Shown here piece by piece: positions 13,077-25,110 of a stretch of DNA of 64,000 bases. The position numbers and the translations under genes were made by a program. Source of the DNA: Phoronis australis (lineage: Eukaryota > Animalia > Phoronida); NCBI GenBank assembly GCA_002633005.1, contig NMRA01000065.1, forward strand, positions 673,066 through 737,065. Direction: 5' to 3'. Numbering within the stretch: the first letter of the stretch is position 1; each line of letters begins with the position of its first letter. The notes beneath the pieces were generated by a model, which ran no database searches, had not been told where the DNA came from, and saw nothing but the letters and a program-made list of their open reading frames with translations.

Positions 13077-15365
13077 CAGTGTTTTGTTTGGTACTAACAT
13101 TGTCTTGGCATGCCAATAAACTAATGGGTATTAGGATACTTTTCACCTCTTAGAATAATTCTCGATTTGGTTTCATACTTTATGTTCTTGCATGAGTGGC
13201 AGTGATTACAAAGTACAGACTCTGAGATTTCAGTGCTGTTGTACTATCTCATACTCTCATTTTTGCCAAATTCAATGCTATGACCAATATATTAAAGTTC
13301 AAAAAGTAGTTCCTTTAGACTTGCTCCGACCCATTACATCTGTTCACCGTTTTTTTTAAATGCCTTGTAAAATATATTTCATTTATTAATTTCATAAAGT
13401 CTAATGTGATGATGGTCGCCAACAAAATGATGTCAACTAAATACAGTACAGTCTCACCATGCCAAACAAGGACGCAATATTGCAGACCAGGGAAATTTTA
13501 TTTTTATTTCGTTTTCAAAATTACCTGAAACACAGTTGTTGCGTGCTGCTTCTTCAAAAAGATAGGTAGCACGGAAAATCCTTTATTTATTTTGAGTATT
13601 ATAGCTACAGTCAGACTATGATTTTGGAAATAGCAGGCATTCACAGGAACGCTAAGAAGCCTTTGAATTTTAAATGGAAATGAATTTTGGCAATTACTTT
13701 TTTTCTGAAATTGGATATTCTGTCATAGTGGATTCAAAAGTCGTAAGTCAGTGGTCATGTGACCAACATTGAAAGATTAGATGCCGTTCGCATACATTTC
13801 AAAGTTTGTCTTGAACAAAAATTATAGCTGAAATTCTCTTGCAAATATGCCTAGAATTATCCGGGCTATGTGTTGCTTGGTTGACAGCTGAACATGTATA
13901 TCGATAGTACAAAATGTGCTGAAATGGTGCAAGAAGCTCTTAAGGACGGTGTTTTTGTTAACTAGAGATAGTTGCCAATACAAAATGTCCTTTCTGTCAT
14001 TTCTTTTTCAATTGGAAGAGGTCCTCTGTGATTGTTTATTTTCTAAAACTTGAACAATTTAGAGTATTTACGGTATTAAAATTATGGAAAAACTACCCTT
14101 CAAAAAATCTTGATGAATATCATTTTTGTCATCTATGATTTGAAAATTTGTTCATGAAATGTAAATTGCATACTCAATTGAGTCAGCATTGATCACTCCT
14201 GTGTACGGTAAATTTTCTTAAGATTCAATAAAAAATATTTACCAAAGTCATCATTTTTCCAACTTTCGAAGCCCACCTGTATTGTTAAAATGCGTGAATG
14301 CTGGGTGCTGTTTGTTTGTAGATGGCACTGGCAGTTGTGCAGTATAAACTCTGGGAATGATGAAATAAATTTTCTTCCTATTTCCTTTTTGTTGAAAATT
14401 TTGTAAAAAACTATCTGTATGTTCTGCCATATTGTGCTCTTAAATTTTACTGCTGCCTGACTGGTACACAATTCTTTACTGTGCACTTGTTCAAACATGT
14501 TCTCCAAACTAAACACCCTTCAAGTGTACAGTACAATGTATGCTATGTGTGTCTTTCTGTTTGTGAACTGTCCTTTACTGTAAGCTGGCTGGCTGCCTGT
14601 TTAGTTAACCTGTTTTGTTAATGTTGCAGCCAATTGTTTTTTTTTCTATTTGAGCAGTCACAGTCAATTGTTTACTTTGTTTTTTTTCCTGTTTGAGCTT
14701 TAACATTTGTCTAGATTGTTTTACTGATAATGTCAACTGTTGCCAATGTATTTTGAACAGTGTTAAAATATAACTGCTGCTGATTTTGTGAGGCTAGTAA
14801 CATTTTTTTTTTGAATGGAGGAAACATATTGAAGTAGCATTCTCCTATAATTTTGTTATCATTTTAGTGTTGTGAAATAACACAATAGAATAAATGATGT
14901 TTGTGTGATATCTGTCTAAGTATCAAAAGCTCATTACACAAAGCATCTTAAGTTAACAACCATCTTATGTTCATCTTAAGTTGATATAAGCAAATTCTTA
15001 TCTTAACTTTAACAGAGCTCAACCCCAATGTCGTACGTAAGAAAGAAAATGGCAGAAATGTTTTCGGAAATTAATCGTTTTGGAATTTTATATTGGGTTA
15101 TTTTCATGCTTGCTTGTCATAGGGAACTTCATAGACTCTACAGTACACTGGTAAAATTTCTGTTCAACAACCACAGATCCAAAAAATATTTTTTATGAAA
15201 TTATATTTTGTTTAGTTTCTACTGCTCTGTTCACATTTTTCAAAGTACTGGTACATAGTTTTATTTGGAAAGAAAGGACACCATCACACTTAACATTCTG
15301 TGTCAGCACTTAACATTCTGTGTCAGCTGTTGTCAGCTGCTTCCTCAGACTAATGTGACATCACT

Positions 15366-16890
15366 TTTTATGCGCCCACATATTTATGTGTGGACGCATT
15401 ATGCCGTCATCTGCGTCCGTCTGTCCGTCCGTCCGTCCGTCTGGGCGACATCCGTCCGGCGTCCGTCCGTCCGTCAGGGCGGCGTCCGTCTGGCGTCCGC
15501 TGCTCTATCTCCAAAACCGATTGACGTATGTTCATGAAATTTTGCACATGTGTTCCTTGTATGGATGGGACGGCATGAGCGAACTTTCGGACGGATCCGA
15601 CTACCGGTGTGCCCCCTAGTTAGTGGCAATTTTAGTTTTTTATGTTTACCTCTGTATCTTCAAAGGTCCTCAATGTATTTTCATAAAATTTGGTATATAG
15701 GCATCTATTAGTGAGATGACAATATCCTCCCGTTTTTGGATGGACTCGACGTAGTTTGCGCCACTTAGTGGCCATTTTTACTGTTTTCGAGTCTGTTTTT
15801 TGACGTCTACCTCTCTATCAACCAAACCACTCTAAGCATGATAGTGAAAATTGGCATGTATGTTCTTACTATGAAGAAGATAGTTGACGATGATTTTCTG
15901 ACGACTTCGACTACTGTGGCGCCTCCTAGTGGCAGTTTTGTTTTTTTGCGCCTGTGGCTATATCTCCTAAACCGATTGCAGCATCTTTATCAAATTTAGT
16001 AAGTGCATTTATATGATGTTGACAATGGACGACGACGACTTTCGGACAGATCTGAAAACTGGTGTGCCACCCAGTGGCAATTTTTTTTACGTTTACCTCT
16101 GTATCGTCAAAGGTCCTCAACGTAATTTCATAAAATTTGGCGTACAGGCTGCTGTTAGTGAGGTGACAATATCTTTCTGTTTTCAGATGGATTCGACCTA
16201 GTGGCCATTTTTACTGTTTTCGAGTCTGTTTTTGGCGTCCACCCCTCTATATAAACCAAACCGCTTTCAGGATAATTATGAACATTGTTTTTACTATGAA
16301 GTGGACGGCTGACGATGATTTTCCGATGACTTCGACTATTCTGGCGTCTCCTAATGGTACTTTCTTTTTTTGCGCCCATAGTTGTATCTCCTGAACCGTT
16401 TGTAGGATCTTTAGTAAATTTTGAGAAGTGTGTTTATATGATGTTGACAACGGACGACAATGATTTTGGGATGGATATGACCACTGGTATGCCCCCTGGT
16501 GGCAATTTTAGTTTTATGTTTACCTCTGCAGCTTCAAAGGTCCTCAGCAGATTTTCATAAAAGGTTGAATACGGGCATCTATTGGTGAGATGACGCTATT
16601 CTCCTGTTTTCGGATGGAATCGAAGTACTTTGCGCCACCTAGTGGCCATTTTTACTGTTTTCGAGTGTGTTTTTGGCGTCTACCTCTCTATCAACCAAAT
16701 CATCATGTATTTCTATGAAATTTGGTGAAAAGCTTTATTAAAGAAGCAATGACATGTTCCTGTTTTCGGACAGATTGTTTGTTTTTGTGCCATCTAGTGC
16801 CATTTTTTGACACAAATAAGTAACCCTAAAAGCATACCATTTGCGATGCATTTGTGGGTGCATTTCAACGCTCCGCGTTGCTCTTGTTAT
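15366..16890 (+). mobile_element. Non-autonomous Helentron/DINE-1-like element with (GTCC)n microsatellite and ~150-bp central tandem array
   Basis: TTTTT then 5' hairpin ATGCGCCCAC...GTGGACGCAT; (CGTC/GTCC)n at ~15410-15500; about 9 diverged ~150-bp units; 3' subTIR TGGGTGCAT, hairpin CAACGC-TCC-GCGTTG and CTTGTT end. Confidence 0.8.
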
Positions 16891-18521
16891 GTTTTGAAAT
16901 TGACCTGGTTGTTACTTATTGCATCATGATCATGGGTGCGCTCGGAGAATTTAGCACATTGGGCATGCATGTGACAAATACGAGCCAATCTTGTTTTGGT
17001 TTTGATTTTGTTGTGAGCTGAATAAACAGTATTTTGAAGATGCGAAGTGGCCTAGTGTGAAAGGTGTCCGCTTTCTTTACTGGAGGTCTTGGGTTTAAGT
17101 ACCACTAGGACACACTGCTAAACCCTTGAGTCAGGTTTCTAGCTCATCAGCTCGGTTCTTACTGTATATGAATAAAGCAGGTGATCAGTACAATCAGCCC
17201 ACATGTGTGGCCTGCGCATGTTTGTTGCAATTATTTTTTTAAATAAATAGTATAGCAATATACTTTTTAATGAAATGTTGTAAAATGCAATTAAATCACT
17301 TTTTAAAGATCTTTCTTAATTTCATCTTAAGCTGTGTTTCCTGTCTTAACTTGAGATGCTTTGTGGGGCGTTTAGTGACCAAGAATGTAATGGAATAAGT
17401 GATTAAGTTGGGTAAGAGATTTCATAGTTATGGTAATTTTACCAGTCAGTTTTTCTGTTTTATTGACTTAGCTGTCATGACAGGGAAATGGAATTTTGTC
17501 TGATTACTTTTGTCTTGTACTAGACTTGTCTGGGTTAACGCCCATGTTCCGCTCAACATCTGCCTGAATTTTGCAAAATTTCCAGTTTTAAATTCCCTTT
17601 CTTTTCTTAATGTCGTGCATCAATTTTTATGGTCGAGATATCCTTTAAAGTGCCTTGTGTTTTTGAGAAAGCCATTCTCACTTGATTATTAGCTTCAAAA
17701 ATGTACAGAACTCGCTTATTGTTGAGTAACAAAGAGTCGGAATTAATCTGCCTGGGGAAAATCGCATTCTCCTGCTATGTTTTATCAACTCTTGCATGGA
17801 AATGTAGCTTGCATCTGGCTGTTTAACCCCAGTCAACCGTTCAGGCAAACGGTCACCCGAAACTTTGATTTTAGTTGCCCATGCATGGGTTTACACCCTA
17901 ATTTGAATTCCCTGGGTGTTCGCCTATACAAATATAGTATAATTTGACAAAATAATATTTCGTTCATCTGTCGTATCAGGTGTGCCAAATAGGTGAAGAA
18001 TTGCCCTTGTTTTTTTTAAACTGTCTTTCTAGTTCGTGAGGCGTGAAATAAACCATAGAATACTTATTGTTTTGTGTGTTGTAGAATTCAGAATTATCTT
18101 TTTTCTCAAAATGTTGTTGAGGTACATATATAATGTTGATTGTACTGAACGTTGAACAGTTTTTAAACGGGTAAACCCATTTTCCATCACAAGTGCCAAC
18201 TTTTGATTCAGACCAGTTTCCATTATCAGTTGTTCTCAAATTGCCACTTGGTCAATAGATGTGATTTCTGGACTTGAAAGAACTGAAGCTGATGCATGGG
18301 GCCAAGCTCTACAAACTGACTTGTCACAACATGTCATCTTATTTGCTAAGCATGGTCTTGAGCAATAGCGAACTGTCTGTTGTTTGCAAGACCAAAAGTC
18401 GCTTCTCATCTGAGTAAGGAACAAGTTGAGGCCAAATTTATATCGTAAATTGATTAAATCAAAAGTTGGTTTCTTCGACGGAATGCAGGTCGATAGCCGC
18501 TTTAAATGTGTTTATTTGTAG

Positions 18522-18630
18522 GCATATTCACGTGATCAAGAAGAAGCTCTGAAACAGGAAGTTAAGCAATTCATCATGGAAACCGAGTATAAACCAAACC
18601 CAGCTGATTACAACCTCCTCACAGTGATTG
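18522..18630 (+). CDS. STRAD: STRAD exon AYSRDQ...YNLLTVIG
   Basis: tttgtag acceptor, G|gtaagg donor; resembles STRADA YELLTVIG. Confidence 0.88.
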
Positions 18631-21600
18631 GTAAGGTCCCCTATTGACACATTGCCACTGACCTTATTAGGCACAGCAATGTCTCATGCATACAGATGAC
18701 GGAATAGAGAATTGTGGGAAGTTATTTCTTCATACCACCTGTTGACTGTGTTTTTCTAGTTCATTTGTATGAAATGATCAAATGGTTCCTCACAATCTAT
18801 TGTAATCATGACACCTCTCTATTTGTAGACAGGTTGATGAAGTTGGGGCCTGGTTATCAAAAAGACTATTGACTCTTGCCTTTTGGCTTGGAGTCGAGAG
18901 ACAGAAATCCAGTCAAATAGAACTATGTATTTCGAGTAGTAGATGGATGACTTTCAACCTTAGTCTGATTTCTGAGAGACCGGCTACGTCATCCATAGAC
19001 TGATTTTAACCGAAAGTCTTAAGACAAAACCCAATTGTATTTTAAAAAACTGACCCCAGCTTCATCAACGCTTCCACACACAGAGAGACATTGTAATTAC
19101 AATTCATGTCAAGAAATCGAAGAAAGGGTCTGTGGACGAATCGGCACTTGATGACAGCTTAGACTCGTTTTCTTGTCCATTAAATCATAGATTCTAGAAA
19201 ACAGATTCGCAACTTTGACATTTTCTTGTGTACTATCTTGGAGGAGGCGCCACTCTTCTAAATTATCTGGTGCAGTTTCCGGTTAGTGTATTGTGAAGGG
19301 AAATTCTAGCATCTACTTTACGGTCAAGTACAACGAAAAAAATAATCATTTGGGCATTGAAACACTGTTCAAAGTCTTGCAATAATGGAACTGTTGGTAT
19401 CGTGAGTTCCTTTAGCAATGTTACTACCACCCGACCACACAACAGCCGACCGTGTTTAGCAGACGACGTAATTAGCGGAAATAACACCAGATAATTTGGC
19501 CAGGTGTCGCTAGTGAATGGCTTATGCGTAAGAGCACAGAGTTTGTCCATTGAAAGCATACGGAGTTGGCGGTCCATGTACTATAATCAATGATTAGACA
19601 GCACTGTTTCATATTAAGAATTCTACGCACACGAGGGCACTGCTGACAAACTTCCTGAAGACGAAACAAATTACTAGTGACTGTTCATTTACTGGTACAT
19701 AGAATTTCTATTTTGAGCTTAAAGACGCTTTCTTGAATTTAGTTTCAGAATTTTTTAACATAGAAAATGTTTGAGGGCATGACTAAAATGGAAACACTTC
19801 ATAAATTAGAGTTGTATGTATTTGCTTTTTTTAACAACCATTTTATAAAATGTGAACTTTGCACTGTTCGACTGTGATGGCCATTTTGTTGGTGTTCCAC
19901 TAGAAATTCGAACATTATTTTGAAAAACTTGTGTTTGATTCTGATTATTTTGAAAACATTTGATTACATATTGATGAAGAATCTTTTGGGAAGTGTGGAA
20001 AAGCTTCGTCATCTTTCTGGTCGAGCTGACTACGGATTTCTCTAACTTCCGAGTTCTAGACAGATTTTTCGGCTTTCAGCATTGTTAATCTGAGAGAAAC
20101 AGGCCGCAGACATCCTTAACTTTGTCATAGCGTGCTCTTCTGTTGTAGGTCACGGCTGCATGAACACGGCCACAATCTCTCTGACTCGACATAGATCCAC
20201 CAATGACTACATAGCCATCAGAAAGGTCAACCTCGATGAGTGCGCCGTTGATCTCCAGTTTCTGGAGGTAAGAACTCCAGTTTAATGTATTCCAATGGAT
20301 TCTGTTCTGATAAGGTATTGTGAATATTTGTTCAGCGACCTTGTCAACACCCAAATAGTTTTCTAATCGTTTTTACTGGTACAGTGTATCTGCCCTTGTA
20401 TGAAAGCTAATGTGTACCTTGTCAATTGCCCTTATCACAAGCACTGATTTATTAATCATCAGTGCTGAGCCTCTATTCAGACTAAATTCCCTGTGTGCTG
20501 AGCTAAATAAGTCTCCACTACTGCTGTGCACTGGGCTGTTAAGAAAGGTTTAATGGCCTAAAATTGTTCAATAAGAAACTTTAATGGGGAATGGTAATTT
20601 CACATAAAGGTGAACAACATGAAAGTTGTTTAGTATTTAATGGAAAATTTAACTATATGCATAGATTCAACATAACCAAAATATAAATAAACCTGTGAAG
20701 TTTCAAAGTGGCAGCCCTTTGTTTTTTTTCAGTTTTGACGCATGGTAATGTTATCACAGACACTAAAATATCATTTTTAAGGTAATTCATAAGACTCCCG
20801 TTTTAGTAATGAATATTTTTTGCTATATCACAAAATTAACACTTGAGGAAATATGTAGACTATTTACAAACAACAATTAAACCAAACCATTTCACTCACA
20901 GTGTGCCGGCAACTAAGATCCTCCCACTACTCGTCCATGTCACAGTTTAATCTAACTTATCATTGGTCATAGTCGTGAACACTTCATCTGCGAAAAATTC
21001 ACCAAAATTGTCCAGTTCTGATGTATTCTGATGGTGCTTGAGACGCCCTGTACTGTGCATGACGTACATGAGCCATGTATTATCATCTGTACTACAAATG
21101 CAGTGGGCATCTTTTACAATTAAGACAGCACTGAGATCAAAGTATCTTACTGTTAGTGTCCCGTCAATGTCACTGTCAATTTCAAGTGCTAAATCACACT
21201 CATTTTCACTGTCCGAATCCATTAAAACTCGCCTCTAGGAATCAATCTAAAGTCATCCACCTGTGTCTGACTTCAGCAATTACAAACTCTGCCAACGCAC
21301 TTTCACAAATCTACAAAAATCTTCAAAACTATTACTCACAACCATGTTGTGCAAGTCATCAGAATCAAGAGGACGCTGTGAACTGTGTAATGCGCATACT
21401 CACATATCTAAACAACACGCAGGGCTTTCATAATCATGCTCACATATCTAAACAACACATAGGGCTTTCATAATTTCATGAAAATCACAAGTGGCCTGGG
21501 GTGGCTGCACTCGCCCCCGGCACAAAGCTGCAACTTGTCATAGATGAGTGAACTGGTTGTTAATTGTCATGTCACAGTGATACCTGGATTTGGAAATCAC

Positions 21601-24600
21601 TGCCATCTGCTGTTGAAACTAAGCAAGATATATTTGGATGGCAGTGTTTATGAAGTGATGGTCATCTCAGCGTGTCACCTGTTAGAAAACAATGTTTCCA
21701 AAATGGTGGCTTTTGTGTTCCTGATCAGACGTCCACTATCTTTGATGTGTTACAGTATGAGATTGTGATGACTCAGCAGCTGAGACACGAGAATCTGGTC
21801 ACCTACCTGTGCAGTTTTGTGTATGACCAGGAACTCTTTCTCATCATGAAGCTATACGCATTTGGTAAGTTTGCTTAATGTCCTGTCCTGGGGGCTTCAG
21901 CTGTTATATTCTTCAACCACACAGTGAATGTACTATCATTGGCATGGCCGTAAATAGTCTGCAGACAAATGTGAACTTCTTCACCATTGACAATGAGTAA
22001 ATTCTGTTCTATAATGGCATTGACATTTTTGTCCTTTTTCAGGAGAGAGGGCATTGTGGAAAAGTGTAACTGCATTTTGTATTCTGTGAAAGTGATAATC
22101 ATCATTTAGGTATTCAACTTTTTACAGTGTGACATAAAATCGGCGTAGCAGCCAATCTTGCATTTTAAGATTTGGAGAAAATGTCTCCAGAAATCTGGTG
22201 CAATTGGTGTCAGTTAGTTATGCATGTTGTACTGAATGACCTTAGGTTTTGGAAGCATTTCTACTGCTACTATTTGATGGTAAAGTTGTACTAAATGACC
22301 TTCTAACCTACAGGATCCTGTCGTGACCTGATCCATGCCCATTTTACGCAAGGTCTTCCCGAGATGGCCATTGCCTTTATCCTGAAGGGGGTGCTGCAAG
22401 CTCTGGAGTATCTTCATGACCACGCTATTATTCACAGGTAAGATCTGTCCGAAAGTAAAACAAAAAGATGCTTGTGGACACCTTGTTTTCTGTGGTTATT
22501 TGTACTATGATCGGAATGTACTAAGTTTTATTTTTACTCTACAAACCGGTTTTTGAAGTTGATCATTTTTGGCCTGTCAAAGTAGTGCCAACAAAAGCTA
22601 TCTAACAATTTCCATTACTTTTATAGAAATTCATTTCTGTTGCCAGGGAGAATATTCAGTCGAGAGCATTTTGTGAGTGAAAAGTCGCGCCCAAAAATCG
22701 GGATTTGCCAGCCATTCCAAAATTAAGTTGAAGGGCATCTCCACTAGGCTGGTTTGGATTACAGTAGCCACTTTCCACAGTACATGGGCCTTTGTGACGG
22801 GCTTTATTTGCTTGGAAATTGGGGAACACAGATGGGTGTCAGGGATAACTGTTGTCTATTTGTGGCAACATTCTTTACCCTGCCTTTTAGACACTAGGGA
22901 TTATAACAACTAATTATGTTATTATTATTTCATCCCTTGAACAGCAAAGAGAAGAAAAGAGATATAATGGGCAGTGCAACTGCTGTTCCTTTGTTGAGAT
23001 GTCCTGACCTCTACTGTATAACTTGCCTAGAGCACTAATCTGAGTGATCTTAATACCCCCAAAGAATGCAGTGAAATTTGAATCAGGATCACCTCATGTC
23101 TCAATTTCATCTGAATGTTGAATCTGCTGATGTCGTGGCAAGGAGAATTGATTTTTAAGTCCTGGTTTTAATCAGCACATTTCTTCATTTCATGGTTAAC
23201 ACTGCCTTTCATCAGTATTTATCTGTCAAAAATGAAAGAATGAATAAGGCACTTGATGTCATAGAATCACTGTCTTAATATTCCTTACTTTGAACAGACT
23301 TAATTTCCAATAAAAACAACAAAACTGTCAGAAACTCCAAAAGCTTCAGAGTTGTTGGTTTTGGCCAACCTTAAAATTGGGAATTTGGAAATGATGCCTA
23401 TCGCCATTGTCTGTGACTATACGTGTGGGATCGTTCAGCAACATTTCAAGATTAAATAAGATAAGTGATGTTTCTTATCCCCAAAGGGCTTTGGATATGA
23501 AGTCAGCAATGACAGGTGAAAAGCAGTAAAATGGCTTTATAAGCGTTACTTTAACAGTGATAGTGCATCTTGTATTCTTTCCTTGCAGAAGTGTAAAGGC
23601 TAGTCACATTTTGATCTCTTCCAATGGTAACGTAGTATTAAGTGGACTACGACACTGCTACCAGATGATCCGTGGCGGCGTCCTCCTGCCTGTCGTACAT
23701 GACTACCCGGCGGACATTGAGTCACTAGTCTGGTACAGTCCTGAGTTGTTAGAGCAGGTAGTCTACTTGTTTTTAGAAACCATTCTTAGCTGCCAATGTC
23801 ATGAGAGTTTAAAACGTAGTGCGCTTGTTGTTAGCGTACACTTTTTTAATGCCGGTGTTCAAAGTGAAATCTCATCACCACTGTTCGGGTTTACTATCCT
23901 TTCAATTTTGCTTTATGCAACTTTTAAGTTTTTCGTAAAAAGCCTTAAAGTCAAACTTTTTGATAACCCCTCGAGCAACAGTGGAGCATTTTAATAACAG
24001 TCCTCGCAGACTTTTGAATGTATTCAGTTGAAAGTATCTGAAAGTTTCATTCAATTGCAGTGGGTCATTTCTGAGATATGACGTTTGGAATTCGTACATT
24101 TTCCTAGGGTTGCACATAATGTTAAAGTGGCTACAAGAGAACGTAGCCATGTGTGTGTGGCCAACGTTTGTGCTTGAATTTGTTTGTTTTTGCAGAATCT
24201 GTCTGGCTATAACTGCCGCTCTGATATCTACAGCTTGGGTATCACGGGCTGTGAGCTGGGCAATGGCATTGCGCCCTTCTCGGATATGCCTACTACTCAG
24301 GTGAGACCTTGAAACACTTGGGTACCGTCCCTGAGTCATAGAAATTGGGAAATGTTATGTATGTCCTGTTGTGCTTTAATTTAATTGTAATTTGCTTTTG
24401 TGTGATTTATCCTACCCAGGTTTCCTTCAGGCTAATCCAATTAGAACACGGGCAAATTCAATTTCTAAATAATATTATGTTAAAAGCATCACTCAGACCA
24501 CACTGAAGTCATAAAATGCCAAATGTATTGAAACAATTAGACTGTTTACCTAACTTACTTCTGTCATCGCAAGAGTCTTTGGTTATTTCAAACAGTTACG

Positions 24601-25051
24601 AATTGCATGCGCACACAGTAATGTTGTTGACTGTTCACTGGACTGGTTGCTATGGTAGATACATGCCTTAAACGCGAATTTTGGGGAATGTCCTAATCTG
24701 TTATCGGGGAATGTCCTAATCTGTTATCGACCATTCTTTGTTCACTGTTTTGGTGCAGTGACACAATGTGGCATGAAAAGGCTACTTCACATCTGATCAT
24801 TCAACATGCTTGTATTGTGTTTGAATGGTGTTTTCTTGAGTTGCTAAAGCATTGCCAGGATTATATGGATAGTCCAGTAAATTCAGAATAACAAAAACAC
24901 ATCCAAGAAAGGCTTGAGTTTGGCCTACATCCTCAAAAGGTTTACGATATCTAAAATATTACACTAGTCTCAGAACATGATCTAAATTCAAACCCTTTAT
25001 TTTTTAAAAAACAACACATACATATGCATTTACATTTACATATACGTGTGC

Positions 25052-25110
<59 letters not shown>

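Noticed and set aside
17043-17105. tRNA-like A/B boxes (also at 29085-29130)
   Set aside because: No cloverleaf or acceptor stem; most likely decayed SINE heads rather than tRNA genes.
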